A DNA stretch of 37,901 nt from a virus (lineage: Duplodnaviria > Caudoviricetes): IMG/VR virus record IMGVR_UViG_3300038425_000145, positions 1 to 37,901 of that record; one strand, given 5' to 3'. Both the position numbers and the translations under genes were made by a program. This document shows positions 1-9,068 of this stretch, in pieces. Each line of letters starts with the position of its first letter. The stretch's first letter is position 1. The notes beneath the pieces were generated by a model. The model searched no databases. It was given only the letters and a program-made list of their open reading frames with translations, and was not told where the DNA came from.

Positions 1-1043
1 CCGTAAGCAGCGGGCAAAAGACAGGTTAGGTCGGCGGTCTGTGCTTCGCTGACAGCATGGTCAGACGCGCAATAAAATTGTAGCTCGTCGAGCGGAGGCA
101 ACTTGTCATACTGATTAAACCACTCCGCTTGGAAGAAACCACCTTTTTCGGGACTAGGTTCTTGCTGCTGAATACCAGAGGCGCGGGGATTTGCCATACG
201 TTCGTCAACTTGCTCCTTTGTGAAGTATTCGGGCCAAAGATACTCGCCAACTTTGCGTCCAAGTGGGTCTTCGTCAGCTTGCTCTTGGGTCTCGATTAGC
301 AACCTCAAGCGAATAATCCTCCACTTAGTAGGCTCCTTCGCCATGAGCCGTCCTACTAAGTCATCTTCGTTCCTGTGATTGGCAATAATCACACGCGCAG
401 AAACAGGTTGGAGTCGATTGACAAAGTCATTCTCCCACCAAATCCAGATTCCGTCGTTAAAAAGCTTCGACCCAGCTTCTTGTTCTTGGCCACAGAAGTC
501 GTCAATGACGCCAAGGTGCATACGCTCGCCACTTATTCCCTTGCCGACGCCTGCGGCTTTATACGAACATCCGTTAGTCAAGGCCCACTCGTCGGAGGCG
601 CGGGAGTCATTCTTGAGGGCGATGCCAAGCCAGCGTTCGTTTCCAACAATCACGTCCCGCGCGGCCTTGCCCCATTTGTTTGCATAGTCAGACGAGTGAG
701 AGCAAGCAAGAATACCAAGGGGGATTGTGGGCTTTCCCGTGTCTTTCATCAAGCGGTCGAGCCGTCCCATTTGTGCCAGAAACCACGGGGGAAAGAGCTT
801 TGAGATATACGTCGATTTCGCGCTCCCTGGGGGTGTGAGAACCATAAGCCGCAGGGGTTCATCGGGGGCTTCCGCCCCGCGCACGAGGGCTTTGAATAAG
901 TTCTCGACGAGCAGTTCCAACTCGTGAATAATAAGCAAGTGATGCTTTGCTGGCACGAACCCCGGATTCGCTTTCAAACACCAAGCATGAAAACTCCCGC
1001 GCACTTTCATGCGTTGAAGAAACTCTTGTTGGGCTTGGGTCAT
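1..1043 (-). CDS. terL: Terminase large subunit, 3'-truncated at window edge
   Basis: Manual translation from ATG at 1043 stays open to the edge: MTQAQQEFLQ..., Walker A MVLTPPGSAKST, AAGVGKGISGER, Walker B LGVIDD, coupling region IIANHRNEDDLVGRL, LWPE, nuclease-domain start ASDHAVS. Not in the ORF track because there is no stop in the window. Confidence 0.93.
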   Translation of the reverse strand, partial: MTQAQQEFLQRMKVRGSFHAWCLKANPGFVPAKHHLLIIHELELLVENLFKALVRGAEAPDEPLRLMVLTPPGSAKSTYISKLFPPWFLAQMGRLDRLMKDTGKPTIPLGILACSHSSDYANKWGKAARDVIVGNERWLGIALKNDSRASDEWALTNGCSYKAAGVGKGISGERMHLGVIDDFCGQEQEAGSKLFNDGIWIWWENDFVNRLQPVSARVIIANHRNEDDLVGRLMAKEPTKWRIIRLRLLIETQEQADEDPLGRKVGEYLWPEYFTKEQVDERMANPRASGIQQQEPSPEKGGFFQAEWFNQYDKLPPLDELQFYCASDHAVSEAQTADLTCLLPAAY

Positions 1044-1046
1044 GAC

Positions 1047-1598
1047 TTAGTTTGGTTGCGACGCTGTAATCTCGGCTTGGACTTTCGCGCGGAGCTCGTC
1101 ATCAGACATCGAGGCAACGGGCTTCGCGTCGGTCGTCATGGGCTGCACGGGCTTACCGAGAAAACGGTCGAGCAAGGCGGTCGAGGCGGAAATGCGGTCT
1201 TGGTTGCGAACTTCTGTTCCGTCACGCACGGCCTTGAGGGTTCGCAGGGACGGAAGAACCTCGGCTTCAAGAAACTCTTTCATTTCGTCTTGCACGGTTT
1301 TGGCAATGGTTTTGACTATGTGCTCACGGGCAATAGGTTGTTTTAACAAACGCCTAACGTAACTTGGGTCATAATCTGTATGTTTTGCAATTTCTTCGCC
1401 ATTGTAACCTTGTGCAGCCATCTCAAACATTAAGCGATGAACAGGTTTCTCTCGCTGCAACCGAATGTTTGTATCGGTATCCCCAAACAACGCACCATCA
1501 ATCTTCGCGACGTCTTGTTCCCCTTGCAACAACTTAGGAACAATAGGCCCGACATGATGTTTCAGATTCGACAACGGATTGAAGTTGCTGCTGCTCAT
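1047..1598 (-). CDS. terS: Probable terminase small subunit (HTH-containing)
   Basis: Immediately upstream of terL. HTH-like GYNGEEIAKHTDYDPSYVRRLL, plus RISASTALLDRFLGKP and MSDDEL motifs typical of TerS-like proteins. ATG 1598 preferred over 1643. Confidence 0.7.
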   Translation of the reverse strand: MSSSNFNPLSNLKHHVGPIVPKLLQGEQDVAKIDGALFGDTDTNIRLQREKPVHRLMFEMAAQGYNGEEIAKHTDYDPSYVRRLLKQPIAREHIVKTIAKTVQDEMKEFLEAEVLPSLRTLKAVRDGTEVRNQDRISASTALLDRFLGKPVQPMTTDAKPVASMSDDELRAKVQAEITASQPN

Positions 1599-1713
1599 TC
1601 GACTGTGCCCACGGCTGTAAATCCTGCATTGCGAGTATCTCACGCAATGTTTTTTCTCGGCGTTCGACCCGCGCCAAGCTCTGCTTGCTTGCTTCTACGC
1701 TTATTTTTTCCAT
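1534..1713 (-). CDS. Small hypothetical protein, possibly leaderless
   Basis: ATG lies 6 nt downstream of the predicted -10 box; 59 aa (MEKISVEASKQ...); overlaps the terS start. Confidence 0.4.
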   Translation of the reverse strand: MEKISVEASKQSLARVERREKTLREILAMQDLQPWAQSNEQQQLQSVVESETSCRAYCS

Positions 1714-1719
1714 CGCATC

Positions 1720-1748
1720 AATATAGCACGGCACCGCGCGGTTGTCAA
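1720..1748 (-). promoter_or_regulatory. Sigma70-type promoter for the terminase operon
   Basis: Minus strand TTGACA-17 nt-TATATT with an extended -10 TG. Confidence 0.75.
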
Positions 1749-1810
1749 TAGGGTATTTGAAGAAATCTTTTCGGCGTCGAAGCATCCTCGCAGAGCTTTT
1801 TCCTCGCGTT

Positions 1811-1829
1811 TGGTCCAGTCTCTGGACCA
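1811..1829. promoter_or_regulatory. Dispersed palindrome copy 1
   Basis: TGGTCCAGTCTCTGGACCA; the GGAC arm is followed by CATACT. Same family as the copies at 5054, 10821, 17178, 22063, 28769 and 36429. Confidence 0.55.
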
Positions 1830-2048
1830 TACTCCTCTGCTCATTCCATACTAGCCGAAAGTCGTATAAAATGGTGCGGTTTTGCGGGGGAGGTTCCACT
1901 ATATCCTCGTCTCCGTTCTGAAGGGGTGGGCGGGGCTGGCCGTATTGTTTTACAATGGCTTTACATTGTATTTACATTGTCAGCCTAACTAATATATGCG
2001 CCCGCCGCTTGCTTCGCAGCCAGCGGACTCGCTGGCCAAGCTCAAAGC

Positions 2049-2065
2049 TTGGCACGAGGAATGCT
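2049..2065 (+). promoter_or_regulatory. Sigma54-like -24/-12 promoter
   Basis: TTGGCACGAGGAATGCT; GG-N10-GC spacing, one mismatch to YTGGCACG-N4-TTGCW. Confidence 0.5.
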
Positions 2066-2203
2066 TTCATAAGAGATGCAGGGCGATTAGACCCGGAAGC
2101 TGGCTTGCCAGCGGGAATGATGCGATGCCATCAATTCAGACCCTAACCGCGCTAATCAGGTTCAAAGCCAGCCCTGCGCTATTTGGGGTGCCAAGCTGGA
2201 TTG

Positions 2204-2220
2204 CTGGCACAATTCTAGCT
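2204..2220 (+). promoter_or_regulatory. Sigma54-like -24/-12 promoter
   Basis: CTGGCACAATTCTAGCT, GG-N10-GC, upstream of the ORF at 2287. Confidence 0.45.
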
Positions 2221-2286
2221 ATGATGCTAGATGCTCTTTGAAATTTGCACCCCCGGCAATTAAGCTAGGGTGCGGAAAGGAAAAAA

Positions 2287-2502
2287 ATGAAAAAAATGGA
2301 ATATATTGCTATATGCACCGTAAGAAAGCCGTGGCAAGCTTTTCGAGTGGCGGAAAGCTTCAACCTAGAAGCTTTTAATGAAAGTTCATTGGGGTTTGAA
2401 GCGTTTTGCAAAGAAAACGAAATTGCTTTCGCACCTTGCGAAATGCCAATCGACGAACTTTCCATTGTTGAGAACCCTAATTGCTTTACGGTCGAGGATT
2501 AG
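2287..2502 (+). CDS. Hypothetical early protein (acidic, 71 aa)
   Basis: ORF with an A-rich leader; first gene of the plus-strand block. Confidence 0.55.
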   Translation: MKKMEYIAICTVRKPWQAFRVAESFNLEAFNESSLGFEAFCKENEIAFAPCEMPIDELSIVENPNCFTVED

Positions 2503-2514
2503 CAAGGCGCAACT

Positions 2515-2531
2515 CTGGCATGAGAACTGCT
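2515..2531 (+). promoter_or_regulatory. Sigma54-like -24/-12 promoter within an inverted repeat
   Basis: CTGGCATGAGAACTGCT, GG-N10-GC, embedded in GCATGAGA-N5-TCTCATGC. Confidence 0.4.
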
Positions 2532-2634
2532 CTCATGCTAGACTTGCTCTTTGGAATAGCTGGTTACAAGATTTACGATTGCAAGGTGAATTGCCATATG
2601 ATTTGGCTGCCTTGCAAGCGTAGAAAGGAACAAA

Positions 2635-2997
2635 ATGCCAGCGTTAGAGAAAACAACGAACCTGTATACTGCATTTGAGCGGATTACGCCCATATTGAAA
2701 GCAAACGGGTCAAACCTAACTGCGAAAGCGGTCGCGACGGCGGTGATGGAATCGGTCGTGAATGATATTTGCGACGCGGTTCTGGCGCAAAAGCCGCAGG
2801 TTGATGGAGTAGGAGCAATCGGTGCGGACTGTCTTGATTGGTTCATGGCAGATGAGCAAAAAAACCTGCGGATTGCTATAAGAAACCGCATTATGCCCTG
2901 CATCACGGCGGCGAAGAATTACCAGAACGTGTATCTGGAGCCGTCTGGCCTTATGCCAAAAGCCGTCGGTTCAACCGACAAAAGCGAATTCGTATAA
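2635..2997 (+). CDS. Hypothetical early protein ending KSEFV
   Basis: 120-aa ORF with AAGGAACAAA upstream of ATG. Confidence 0.7.
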   Translation: MPALEKTTNLYTAFERITPILKANGSNLTAKAVATAVMESVVNDICDAVLAQKPQVDGVGAIGADCLDWFMADEQKNLRIAIRNRIMPCITAAKNYQNVYLEPSGLMPKAVGSTDKSEFV

Positions 2998-3086
2998 CGA
3001 ACGCGCAGTCAGTAGAGCAAGCAAGCATAAAGTGACTAAATGCTTGTCTCTCTGCCGATTGAACAAGCGGCGGAAGAAAGGTTAGC

Positions 3087-3302
3087 ATGGAACCAAATGA
3101 AAAAATGGTTGCTGTAGCCGCCGCAAGCTCGTTGTTGTGGCAGTTAAACAGACCAGAAAAAGGATTAGTGACGGATGTTTTGCGCCGTGCGTTCATTCGC
3201 AAAGTCGCAAGGCAACTGAATGAGTTGTTGGAAAACACGCTTGGAGAACGCGACGCAATCCGGTTGCGTTTTAAGTGCGCAAAAAGAAACCCTAAATTAT
3301 GA
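3087..3302 (+). CDS. Hypothetical basic protein
   Basis: 71-aa ORF; start uncertain. Confidence 0.5.
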   Translation: MEPNEKMVAVAAASSLLWQLNRPEKGLVTDVLRRAFIRKVARQLNELLENTLGERDAIRLRFKCAKRNPKL

Positions 3303-3440
3303 CTCTTTACGACAAAGTCCAAAACGCGGTTTGGTTTGCGACGCTTGGATGGGCGTATTATTGCCATCGTCGGCACCGTTGGATTAAGGTGCAAGTGCGT
3401 GGTGCAAGAAAGCCGACGCGATAAGCATGGACAAAGCAAG

Positions 3441-3696
<256 letters not shown>

Positions 3697-3780
3697 CTGA
3701 AGTGGGACAGGGCTTGCCTTTTGCGCTGCTTATCAGGACGAATTGATTGATACATGGACAATGGACAACAAGGTAAAAGC

Positions 3781-3797
3781 TTGGCATGGAAGCTGCT
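3781..3797 (+). promoter_or_regulatory. Sigma54-like -24/-12 promoter
   Basis: TTGGCATGGAAGCTGCT, GG-N10-GC, about 85 bp downstream of the inverted-repeat locus. Confidence 0.45.
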
Positions 3798-4298
3798 ATC
3801 ATAAAAGCTATGATTTCCGGCTCTTTACCCTCCATCAATGCGGCTTATAGCAATCCTTTGGTGCGTAAGCTAAAAATAAATGGTCGCTGCGTGAAAAGAC
3901 CTTTTTGCTTAAGTCCAGAAATGAGCGAAGCCCTAGCTGATTTGAAGGAGCGGTCTTTTATACCGCAACCCTTTCGTAATATCCAAGAGCTTTGGCGTGC
4001 GTTAGATTGGCCTGAACCAAAAGCGGCAAGCCATTCCTATTGGCGTTTGACCCCATGCAAAGCTGGAGCGCATTATGCGTTGCCTACAATAAACGGATTT
4101 TTAGTTGCTACGGACGGCGTGCAATGTATTATTATACGCGCTGATTCCAAAGCTTTTTTATCGCATGTTGACGCGTTTGATTTCGTGGAAAAGTTAGAGC
4201 TTAAGGTGCAAGATTTTGACTCTTATGAAGGGAAAAAAGTAAGGAAAGTAGTAAAGAGTCCGCGTCGGTCAAAAGTTGATATTTTGGAGTTTGTATGA
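3786..4298 (+). CDS. Hypothetical protein ending VDILEFV
   Basis: 170-aa ORF (true start may be later); ATGA-coupled to the next gene. Confidence 0.7.
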   Translation: MEAAIIKAMISGSLPSINAAYSNPLVRKLKINGRCVKRPFCLSPEMSEALADLKERSFIPQPFRNIQELWRALDWPEPKAASHSYWRLTPCKAGAHYALPTINGFLVATDGVQCIIIRADSKAFLSHVDAFDFVEKLELKVQDFDSYEGKKVRKVVKSPRRSKVDILEFV

Positions 4299-4489
4299 AT
4301 AAGAAAATACTTGAAGCGTTTGCACGCAGTATTCGTGAGCTTAACCAACTTGGTGAGCGTCGTGATTCTATAACGCAGCAAATTTACACTAGCCACGCAC
4401 AGCACGCTTTAACAATGGTTGTTGAAGTCGCAAAACAATTCAACTCCCATTTCGACGAAGCACGCTTTCGTAAAGCTTGTAGACTATGA
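4295..4489 (+). CDS. Hypothetical phage protein
   Basis: ATGA overlaps at both ends; C-terminal N.hFDeaRF..AC motif common in small phage proteins. Confidence 0.75.
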   Translation: MNKKILEAFARSIRELNQLGERRDSITQQIYTSHAQHALTMVVEVAKQFNSHFDEARFRKACRL

Positions 4490-4851
4490 GCAACCCCCGC
4501 AAATTCGAGGTATCCGAGCAAGACCTACTCGCATTGATGCACGCGTTGAACAAGTTTGAACCCTTGTTCAAGCTGTTGCTATCGGACGAGGACACAGCAG
4601 GAATATGTGCGTTACCGTCATGCGGCTTACCATTTGTCAAGCGTGAGTCAAAACAGGCTTATTGCTGTCCCGCGCATCAGGTTAAAGCGTCAAATGACCG
4701 AAGGGTAAAAAGGCATACGCTGACTGGCACTGCTATCGCAGATGCGCCAATGGTTAAGTGTCAAGTCGCGGAGTGTCAAAACCAATTTGTCCTCGATATG
4801 CGAGTGCCGTTTCCATATCGTTGTAGAGAATGTGCGGCGAAATCGGTTTAA
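4486..4851 (+). CDS. Zinc-finger protein
   Basis: CALPSC...YCCPAH and CQVAEC...CREC clusters. Confidence 0.7.
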   Translation: MSNPRKFEVSEQDLLALMHALNKFEPLFKLLLSDEDTAGICALPSCGLPFVKRESKQAYCCPAHQVKASNDRRVKRHTLTGTAIADAPMVKCQVAECQNQFVLDMRVPFPYRCRECAAKSV

Positions 4852-4866
4852 CCAACAATCAAATAT

Positions 4867-5049
4867 ATGAGTGACCAAGCCCACAGAATATCGGTGCCGA
4901 AGGCGTTAGCTATGGCAGGATTGGACGACATCACGGAGTGCGACGATAGCGTCGTGCCTGCGTGTTCTTCAGAAGGGTGTGAAGTCGAGCCAGACGGCAA
5001 GTGCGAACATGGGCTTCCGTCAGTCCTGCTCGTGGCTGGATTGATTTAG
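4867..5049 (+). CDS. Small Cys-rich phage protein
   Basis: VEPDGKCEHGLPS...GLI motif; 60 aa. Confidence 0.7.
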   Translation: MSDQAHRISVPKALAMAGLDDITECDDSVVPACSSEGCEVEPDGKCEHGLPSVLLVAGLI

Positions 5050-5053
5050 TTTT

Positions 5054-5068
5054 GTCCAGAAACTGGAC
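5054..5068. promoter_or_regulatory. Dispersed palindrome copy 2
   Basis: GTCCAGAAACTGGAC followed by GATACT, 10 nt before ATG 5079. Confidence 0.65.
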
Positions 5069-5078
5069 GATACTTCTT

Positions 5079-6254
5079 ATGCTTAAAGAATTAAACGAAA
5101 GCCAAATCGCGTTGCTAAAAGAGCAACGCGAAAAATGGATTAGTCTTGGTCTCGCAACAGGCGAAATAGGTGTTGAAGAAACACGTAGAATTTATAAAAG
5201 CCTATACAAAGCTTACTGGCACATGGAAGAAAAACGGCCTATTATTGTTTTAAGTTCTCCTTTAAGTTGTCATTTTGCACTAAATTTAGTTAGTTCACAA
5301 GTTGAGTCACAAGTTAGGTCACAAGTTAGGTCACAAGTTGAGTCACAAGTTAGGTCACAAGTTAGGTCACAAGTTAGGTCACAAGTTGAGTCACAAGTTT
5401 GGTCACAAGTTGGGTCACAAGTTTGGTCACAAGTTAGTTCACAAGTTAGGTCACAAGTTGAGTCACAAGTTGAGTCACAAGTTAGGTCACAAGTTAATTC
5501 ACAAGTTAGGTCACAAGTTAGGTCACAAGTTAGGTCACAAGTTGAGTCACAAGTTTGGTCACAAGTTAGTTCACAAGTTAGGTCACAAGTTGAGTCACAA
5601 GTTGAGTCACAAGTTGAGTCACAAGTTGAGTCACAAGTTGATTTTATTTGGCCTTACTTATCCGGCCAATTTTGGGCTGGTTATTTTTCTTGGATTGAAA
5701 CTTACGCGTTTTTAGGTGTAAAAAACTTACCAAACATAACCTCTTTGAAAGACACGGTAAAAACCTCAATTTACTACCCATTAAAAAATGTTGTTATTTG
5801 TGGTTCTCGTTTTACTGAAATATACAAAAACGAACAAGGCCAGTTACATAAAGACGGTAAAATGGCACTTGCTTATTCTGATGGTTGGGGTGTCTTTGCT
5901 CTTAATGGTGTGAGAATGAAACCAGAATATGTTTTAACACCTGCCAACCAAATAAATCCTATTGATGTCTTAAAAGAAGAAAACGCAGACCAACGACGGG
6001 AACTTATTCGCAAGGTTGGAATTGAGCGAATGATGCAGGCTTTACCGAAAAAGCTTTTGTCAAAACAGGATACCTACGAACTTTACAGTGTTAACCTCTC
6101 ATCCGAATGTCCCGATGCTCGTTACCTAAAAATGGTGAACCCATCCATCGGCTGTTTTCATCTCGAAGGCGTTGCACCAAAATGTTCAACTGTTGAACAA
6201 AGTCTCAACTGGCGAAACCAGAATAGATTTACTCACCCGTCAATACTAACATAA
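5079..6254 (+). CDS. DUF6745-like protein with internal SQVx tetrapeptide repeats
   Basis: ATG 5079 (MLKELNESQ). Repeat region is followed by LHKDGKMALAYSDGWGVFALNGV and ENADQRRELIRKVGIER, recognised as typical of this family. Confidence 0.8.
   Translation: MLKELNESQIALLKEQREKWISLGLATGEIGVEETRRIYKSLYKAYWHMEEKRPIIVLSSPLSCHFALNLVSSQVESQVRSQVRSQVESQVRSQVRSQVRSQVESQVWSQVGSQVWSQVSSQVRSQVESQVESQVRSQVNSQVRSQVRSQVRSQVESQVWSQVSSQVRSQVESQVESQVESQVESQVDFIWPYLSGQFWAGYFSWIETYAFLGVKNLPNITSLKDTVKTSIYYPLKNVVICGSRFTEIYKNEQGQLHKDGKMALAYSDGWGVFALNGVRMKPEYVLTPANQINPIDVLKEENADQRRELIRKVGIERMMQALPKKLLSKQDTYELYSVNLSSECPDARYLKMVNPSIGCFHLEGVAPKCSTVEQSLNWRNQNRFTHPSILT
5295..5642 (+). repeat. 29 x 12-bp coding tandem repeat (TCACAAGTT+NNN)
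   Basis: Invariant TCACAAGTT with a variable fourth codon (E, R, W, G, S, N, D). Confidence 0.97.
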
Positions 6255-6264
6255 AATAAACAAA

Positions 6265-6576
6265 ATGCGAAAACCACAACAGCAAGGCGACGTCCTACTC
6301 GAACCGATTGATTCCTTGCCAGTCGGAGAACAAAAAACAATAGCAAAAGGCCGTTGCGTGCTCGCCCACGGCGAGTCGGGACATTTTCATGTTCTTGAAA
6401 ACGACGAAGCAGAACTTATCCAAATCGGCGAAAAATTACTACTTAAACTCGGTAAGCAAGCTACACTTGTTCACGAGGAACACAAACCACAAACTCTTGA
6501 ACCCGGCATCTGGGAAATCGGTCGTGTGCAAGAATACGACTGGTTCTCGAAAATGCAACGACGAGTCATTGACTGA
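6265..6576 (+). CDS. His-rich partner protein of the DUF6745-like gene
   Basis: QQGDVLL, LAHGESGHFH, HEEH and QEYD motifs; usual neighbour of this family. Confidence 0.8.
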   Translation: MRKPQQQGDVLLEPIDSLPVGEQKTIAKGRCVLAHGESGHFHVLENDEAELIQIGEKLLLKLGKQATLVHEEHKPQTLEPGIWEIGRVQEYDWFSKMQRRVID

Positions 6577-6700
6577 CTTTAGGCGTTGACGCTGCAAAGC
6601 AGGGAGATTATTAACACGGTTTCCTTAAAATCAACGCTCCGTGGCGGTAAGTTGCCGCTGTTGTGGCGTAAATCCGCAACGAGCCGCCACGGTTTATTTT

Positions 6701-6853
6701 ATGCCTATCCTTTTTACATCGTATCAGAAAACCACAAAGCCTTTTATCGACGCTCACGGCATCATGCACAACAAGCGCATGACGACAGCGTTCTGGTGGT
6801 TTACCGACATGAAAATTGCCGTCGAGCGATACGAAGACTTGTGGATGAATTAA
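6701..6853 (+). CDS. Small hypothetical protein
   Basis: ATG-initiated part of ORF 6641..6853. Confidence 0.35.
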   Translation: MPILFTSYQKTTKPFIDAHGIMHNKRMTTAFWWFTDMKIAVERYEDLWMN

Positions 6854-6886
6854 CCCGTGCCGTTTCAGGCGTTAGCGTTACAAGCA

Positions 6887-7119
6887 TGAAGCAGATTATG
6901 TTAAATTTGAACTCGGACACGAATGCGATGTCGACCACGCGTGGCTTTGCCTCGCAAGCGTCGTTTCCGCGAGTAGTGTCCGAGTTCTTCGATTTTATGC
7001 CGACGAACCGAAGATGGCAAGGCGGCTTTCAGTATTCCTTTGGACGCAAGGTTAAGCCCAAAGATGTATTGCTTTTTAACCGTAGGCTTCGTGGCGCAAC
7101 GCCGCATAGCGGGTTTTAA
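6887..7119 (+). CDS. Hypothetical protein
   Basis: C-terminal part of ORF 6586..7119; start uncertain. Confidence 0.35.
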
Positions 7120-7175
7120 CGTGTTTTAACCGCCCTACGGTTATTTGATTTGATGGACAACTTGATGTTAAATTT

Positions 7176-7454
7176 ATGAATGATACTAAACTCAAACAAG
7201 CTCTGGCGAAGATGTTGCCGGAACATATCTGGTGGAGCAAGGAAGATGCTGGACTTCGCTGGAAAGAAGTAGCGGCATCAAATGATAAGACTTGGAAAGT
7301 TCTCAACACCGAACTCCTGCATCTTTGTCAACAAGTAATCAATAATTTGTCTCTTGGAAAACTTGCTAAATACGAAATGGCAGAGTTGACACTAGAAGAT
7401 GCTTGGCAAGAGCATGTGAAAAAACTTGCAAAAGTAAAAGGAATTGAGATATGA
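7176..7454 (+). CDS. Hypothetical phage protein
   Basis: 92 aa; ATGA overlap with the next gene. Confidence 0.75.
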   Translation: MNDTKLKQALAKMLPEHIWWSKEDAGLRWKEVAASNDKTWKVLNTELLHLCQQVINNLSLGKLAKYEMAELTLEDAWQEHVKKLAKVKGIEI

Positions 7455-7942
7455 ACAGTGATACACCAAGAACTGAAGCAATTAAACGATTGCGTGAAGA
7501 AGTAGCAATAAACTCACCAGCAAGCGAAAGTGATGGCCGCGACCAGTTTAGTATGGATATTTTGTTAGTCTGCGTTGCTGTTGAACAACTCGAACTCGAA
7601 CGTGAGCTTATAGCAAGTAAAGAAAAGCTTGTATTGATGGAGAGCCAGAGCCAGACGCAAACGCTCCTTAAAATCAATGATGGGCTGGAACAGGAGCTTG
7701 CAACGAAAGAGAAGGAGTTGACCAAGCTCCAAGAAAAGCTTGAATACTGTGTCACCGAATGTATTCAACTCACCAACGAAAAATACCAACTCCAAGAAGT
7801 TGCGAGGGAGTTGGCGCGTGTTCTATTTACTTATTCAGTTCGTTTAGATATTTCGCACAATGCCGGAATATGCGATTCATTAGATACCTACAACAACCTC
7901 CCCGCATCAATTCGTGGGGAGAAAGGAAGTGAAAACATTTAA
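7451..7942 (+). CDS. Coiled-coil hypothetical protein
   Basis: SDTPRT N-terminus, LERE motif and heptad pattern. Confidence 0.75.
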   Translation: MNSDTPRTEAIKRLREEVAINSPASESDGRDQFSMDILLVCVAVEQLELERELIASKEKLVLMESQSQTQTLLKINDGLEQELATKEKELTKLQEKLEYCVTECIQLTNEKYQLQEVARELARVLFTYSVRLDISHNAGICDSLDTYNNLPASIRGEKGSENI

Positions 7943-8213
7943 GGAATTTTGGTTAAGATTACAAGAACTCGACCATGAAGCTGTTGATGCCATTGGTGAT
8001 GATATAGTTCCACCAAAACATATAATAGAAATTGCTTTTAAGGAGTTTCAACTCGACGCTTTCAAAGCGGGTATGACGAGGGCGACAGAAATTGTCAAAG
8101 CTTATTGGTCTAGGCTCAATAGCGAAGATTCTAAAATATGGGGAAAGGACGCACTACCAATAGCAAAAGATAAAATCCTTACTGACCGTAACAACTTGAA
8201 GGAGATACCATGA
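7929..8213 (+). CDS. Hypothetical protein
   Basis: GTG after AAAGGAA; QLDAFKAGMT motif. Confidence 0.7.
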   Translation: MKTFKEFWLRLQELDHEAVDAIGDDIVPPKHIIEIAFKEFQLDAFKAGMTRATEIVKAYWSRLNSEDSKIWGKDALPIAKDKILTDRNNLKEIP

Positions 8214-8317
8214 AAACAGTTGACTATTTAATGCTTGTTTGTTGGTTTTTAGCGATATGGTCAATACTCTATAACATTGACTCACATCTAAAAACAATTA
8301 TTAGCTTACTACAATGA
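8210..8317 (+). CDS. Small membrane peptide
   Basis: MKTVDYLMLVCWFLAIWSILYNIDSHLKTIISLLQ; ATGA overlaps at both ends. Confidence 0.55.
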   Translation: MKTVDYLMLVCWFLAIWSILYNIDSHLKTIISLLQ

Positions 8318-8652
8318 CCCCACAAAACCAAATCAAAGCTATTGCGGAGTTAAAAAGGTATAAACCATACCAAGATGGCTGGCTTAACGAAAACGGTAGC
8401 TGGGTATCGAATGATATGATGGGATTGTGTCTCACCTCCCGTGATGCCATTGTGCCGGTGATTCAGAAGTTGAATCCTGTTATTGGAAACGAATCTGAAT
8501 ACAGATTCGTTCAATGTCTTTGTGAAGCAATACCGGGAATAACAAGAAAGGGTGAATTAAACTTTCCAGAAATTTTTCATCTGTTAATTTATGCAACTCC
8601 ACCGCAACTCTGCGAAGCACTTCTTCGCGCAACTGGAAAATGGATTGAATGA
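8314..8652 (+). CDS. Hypothetical phage protein
   Basis: ATPPQLCEALLRATGKW C-terminal motif common in phage small proteins. Confidence 0.75.
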   Translation: MTPQNQIKAIAELKRYKPYQDGWLNENGSWVSNDMMGLCLTSRDAIVPVIQKLNPVIGNESEYRFVQCLCEAIPGITRKGELNFPEIFHLLIYATPPQLCEALLRATGKWIE

Positions 8653-9068
8653 TTAAACATATACTTTTAGCATCAGCAATAATGCAATCCACGGGTTTGA
8701 GCCAACAGCCAAAATATGACAGTATGTCAACAAATACCGTGAACCGTATTGCTGATGCTATTTTTCGTGCCGAGGGTGGAGTAAGGACGACGCATCCTTA
8801 CGGAGTAAAACTGGTAACAGACCACCCTCGGCACGTTTGTATCAATACTATTAACCATGCGTGGAGAGATTTTGAAGGGGATACACGAAACAAGGAGCGT
8901 TTTGCGCGTGAGGCGTTCGATAGGCCGGAACTACCCGGTATTGTTAGTCTCCCCTTCATTCAATTTCTCGGTAAGCGATACTGCCCACCGTCTGTGGACG
9001 GTAGAGGTTATCGGAACTGGACTAATAACGTTTGGAGAATAGGCCAATTCAATGTTAGTAAAAATTAA
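8649..9068 (+). CDS. Putative lysozyme-fold/transglycosylase-like protein with hydrophobic N-terminus
   Basis: IADAIFRAEGG (candidate catalytic Glu), HPYGV, RYCPP and NWTNNV motifs. Confidence 0.5.
   Translation: MIKHILLASAIMQSTGLSQQPKYDSMSTNTVNRIADAIFRAEGGVRTTHPYGVKLVTDHPRHVCINTINHAWRDFEGDTRNKERFAREAFDRPELPGIVSLPFIQFLGKRYCPPSVDGRGYRNWTNNVWRIGQFNVSKN

Noticed and set aside
375-1362. Plus-strand ORFs at the left end
   Set aside because: Antisense shadows of terL and terS.
5295-5642. CRISPR array
   Set aside because: Units are 12 bp with only 3 variable bases and lie in frame within a gene; there are no spacers or cas operon.
5302-5715. ORF with HKLG/HKLS repeats
   Set aside because: Alternate-frame shadow of the SQV repeat.
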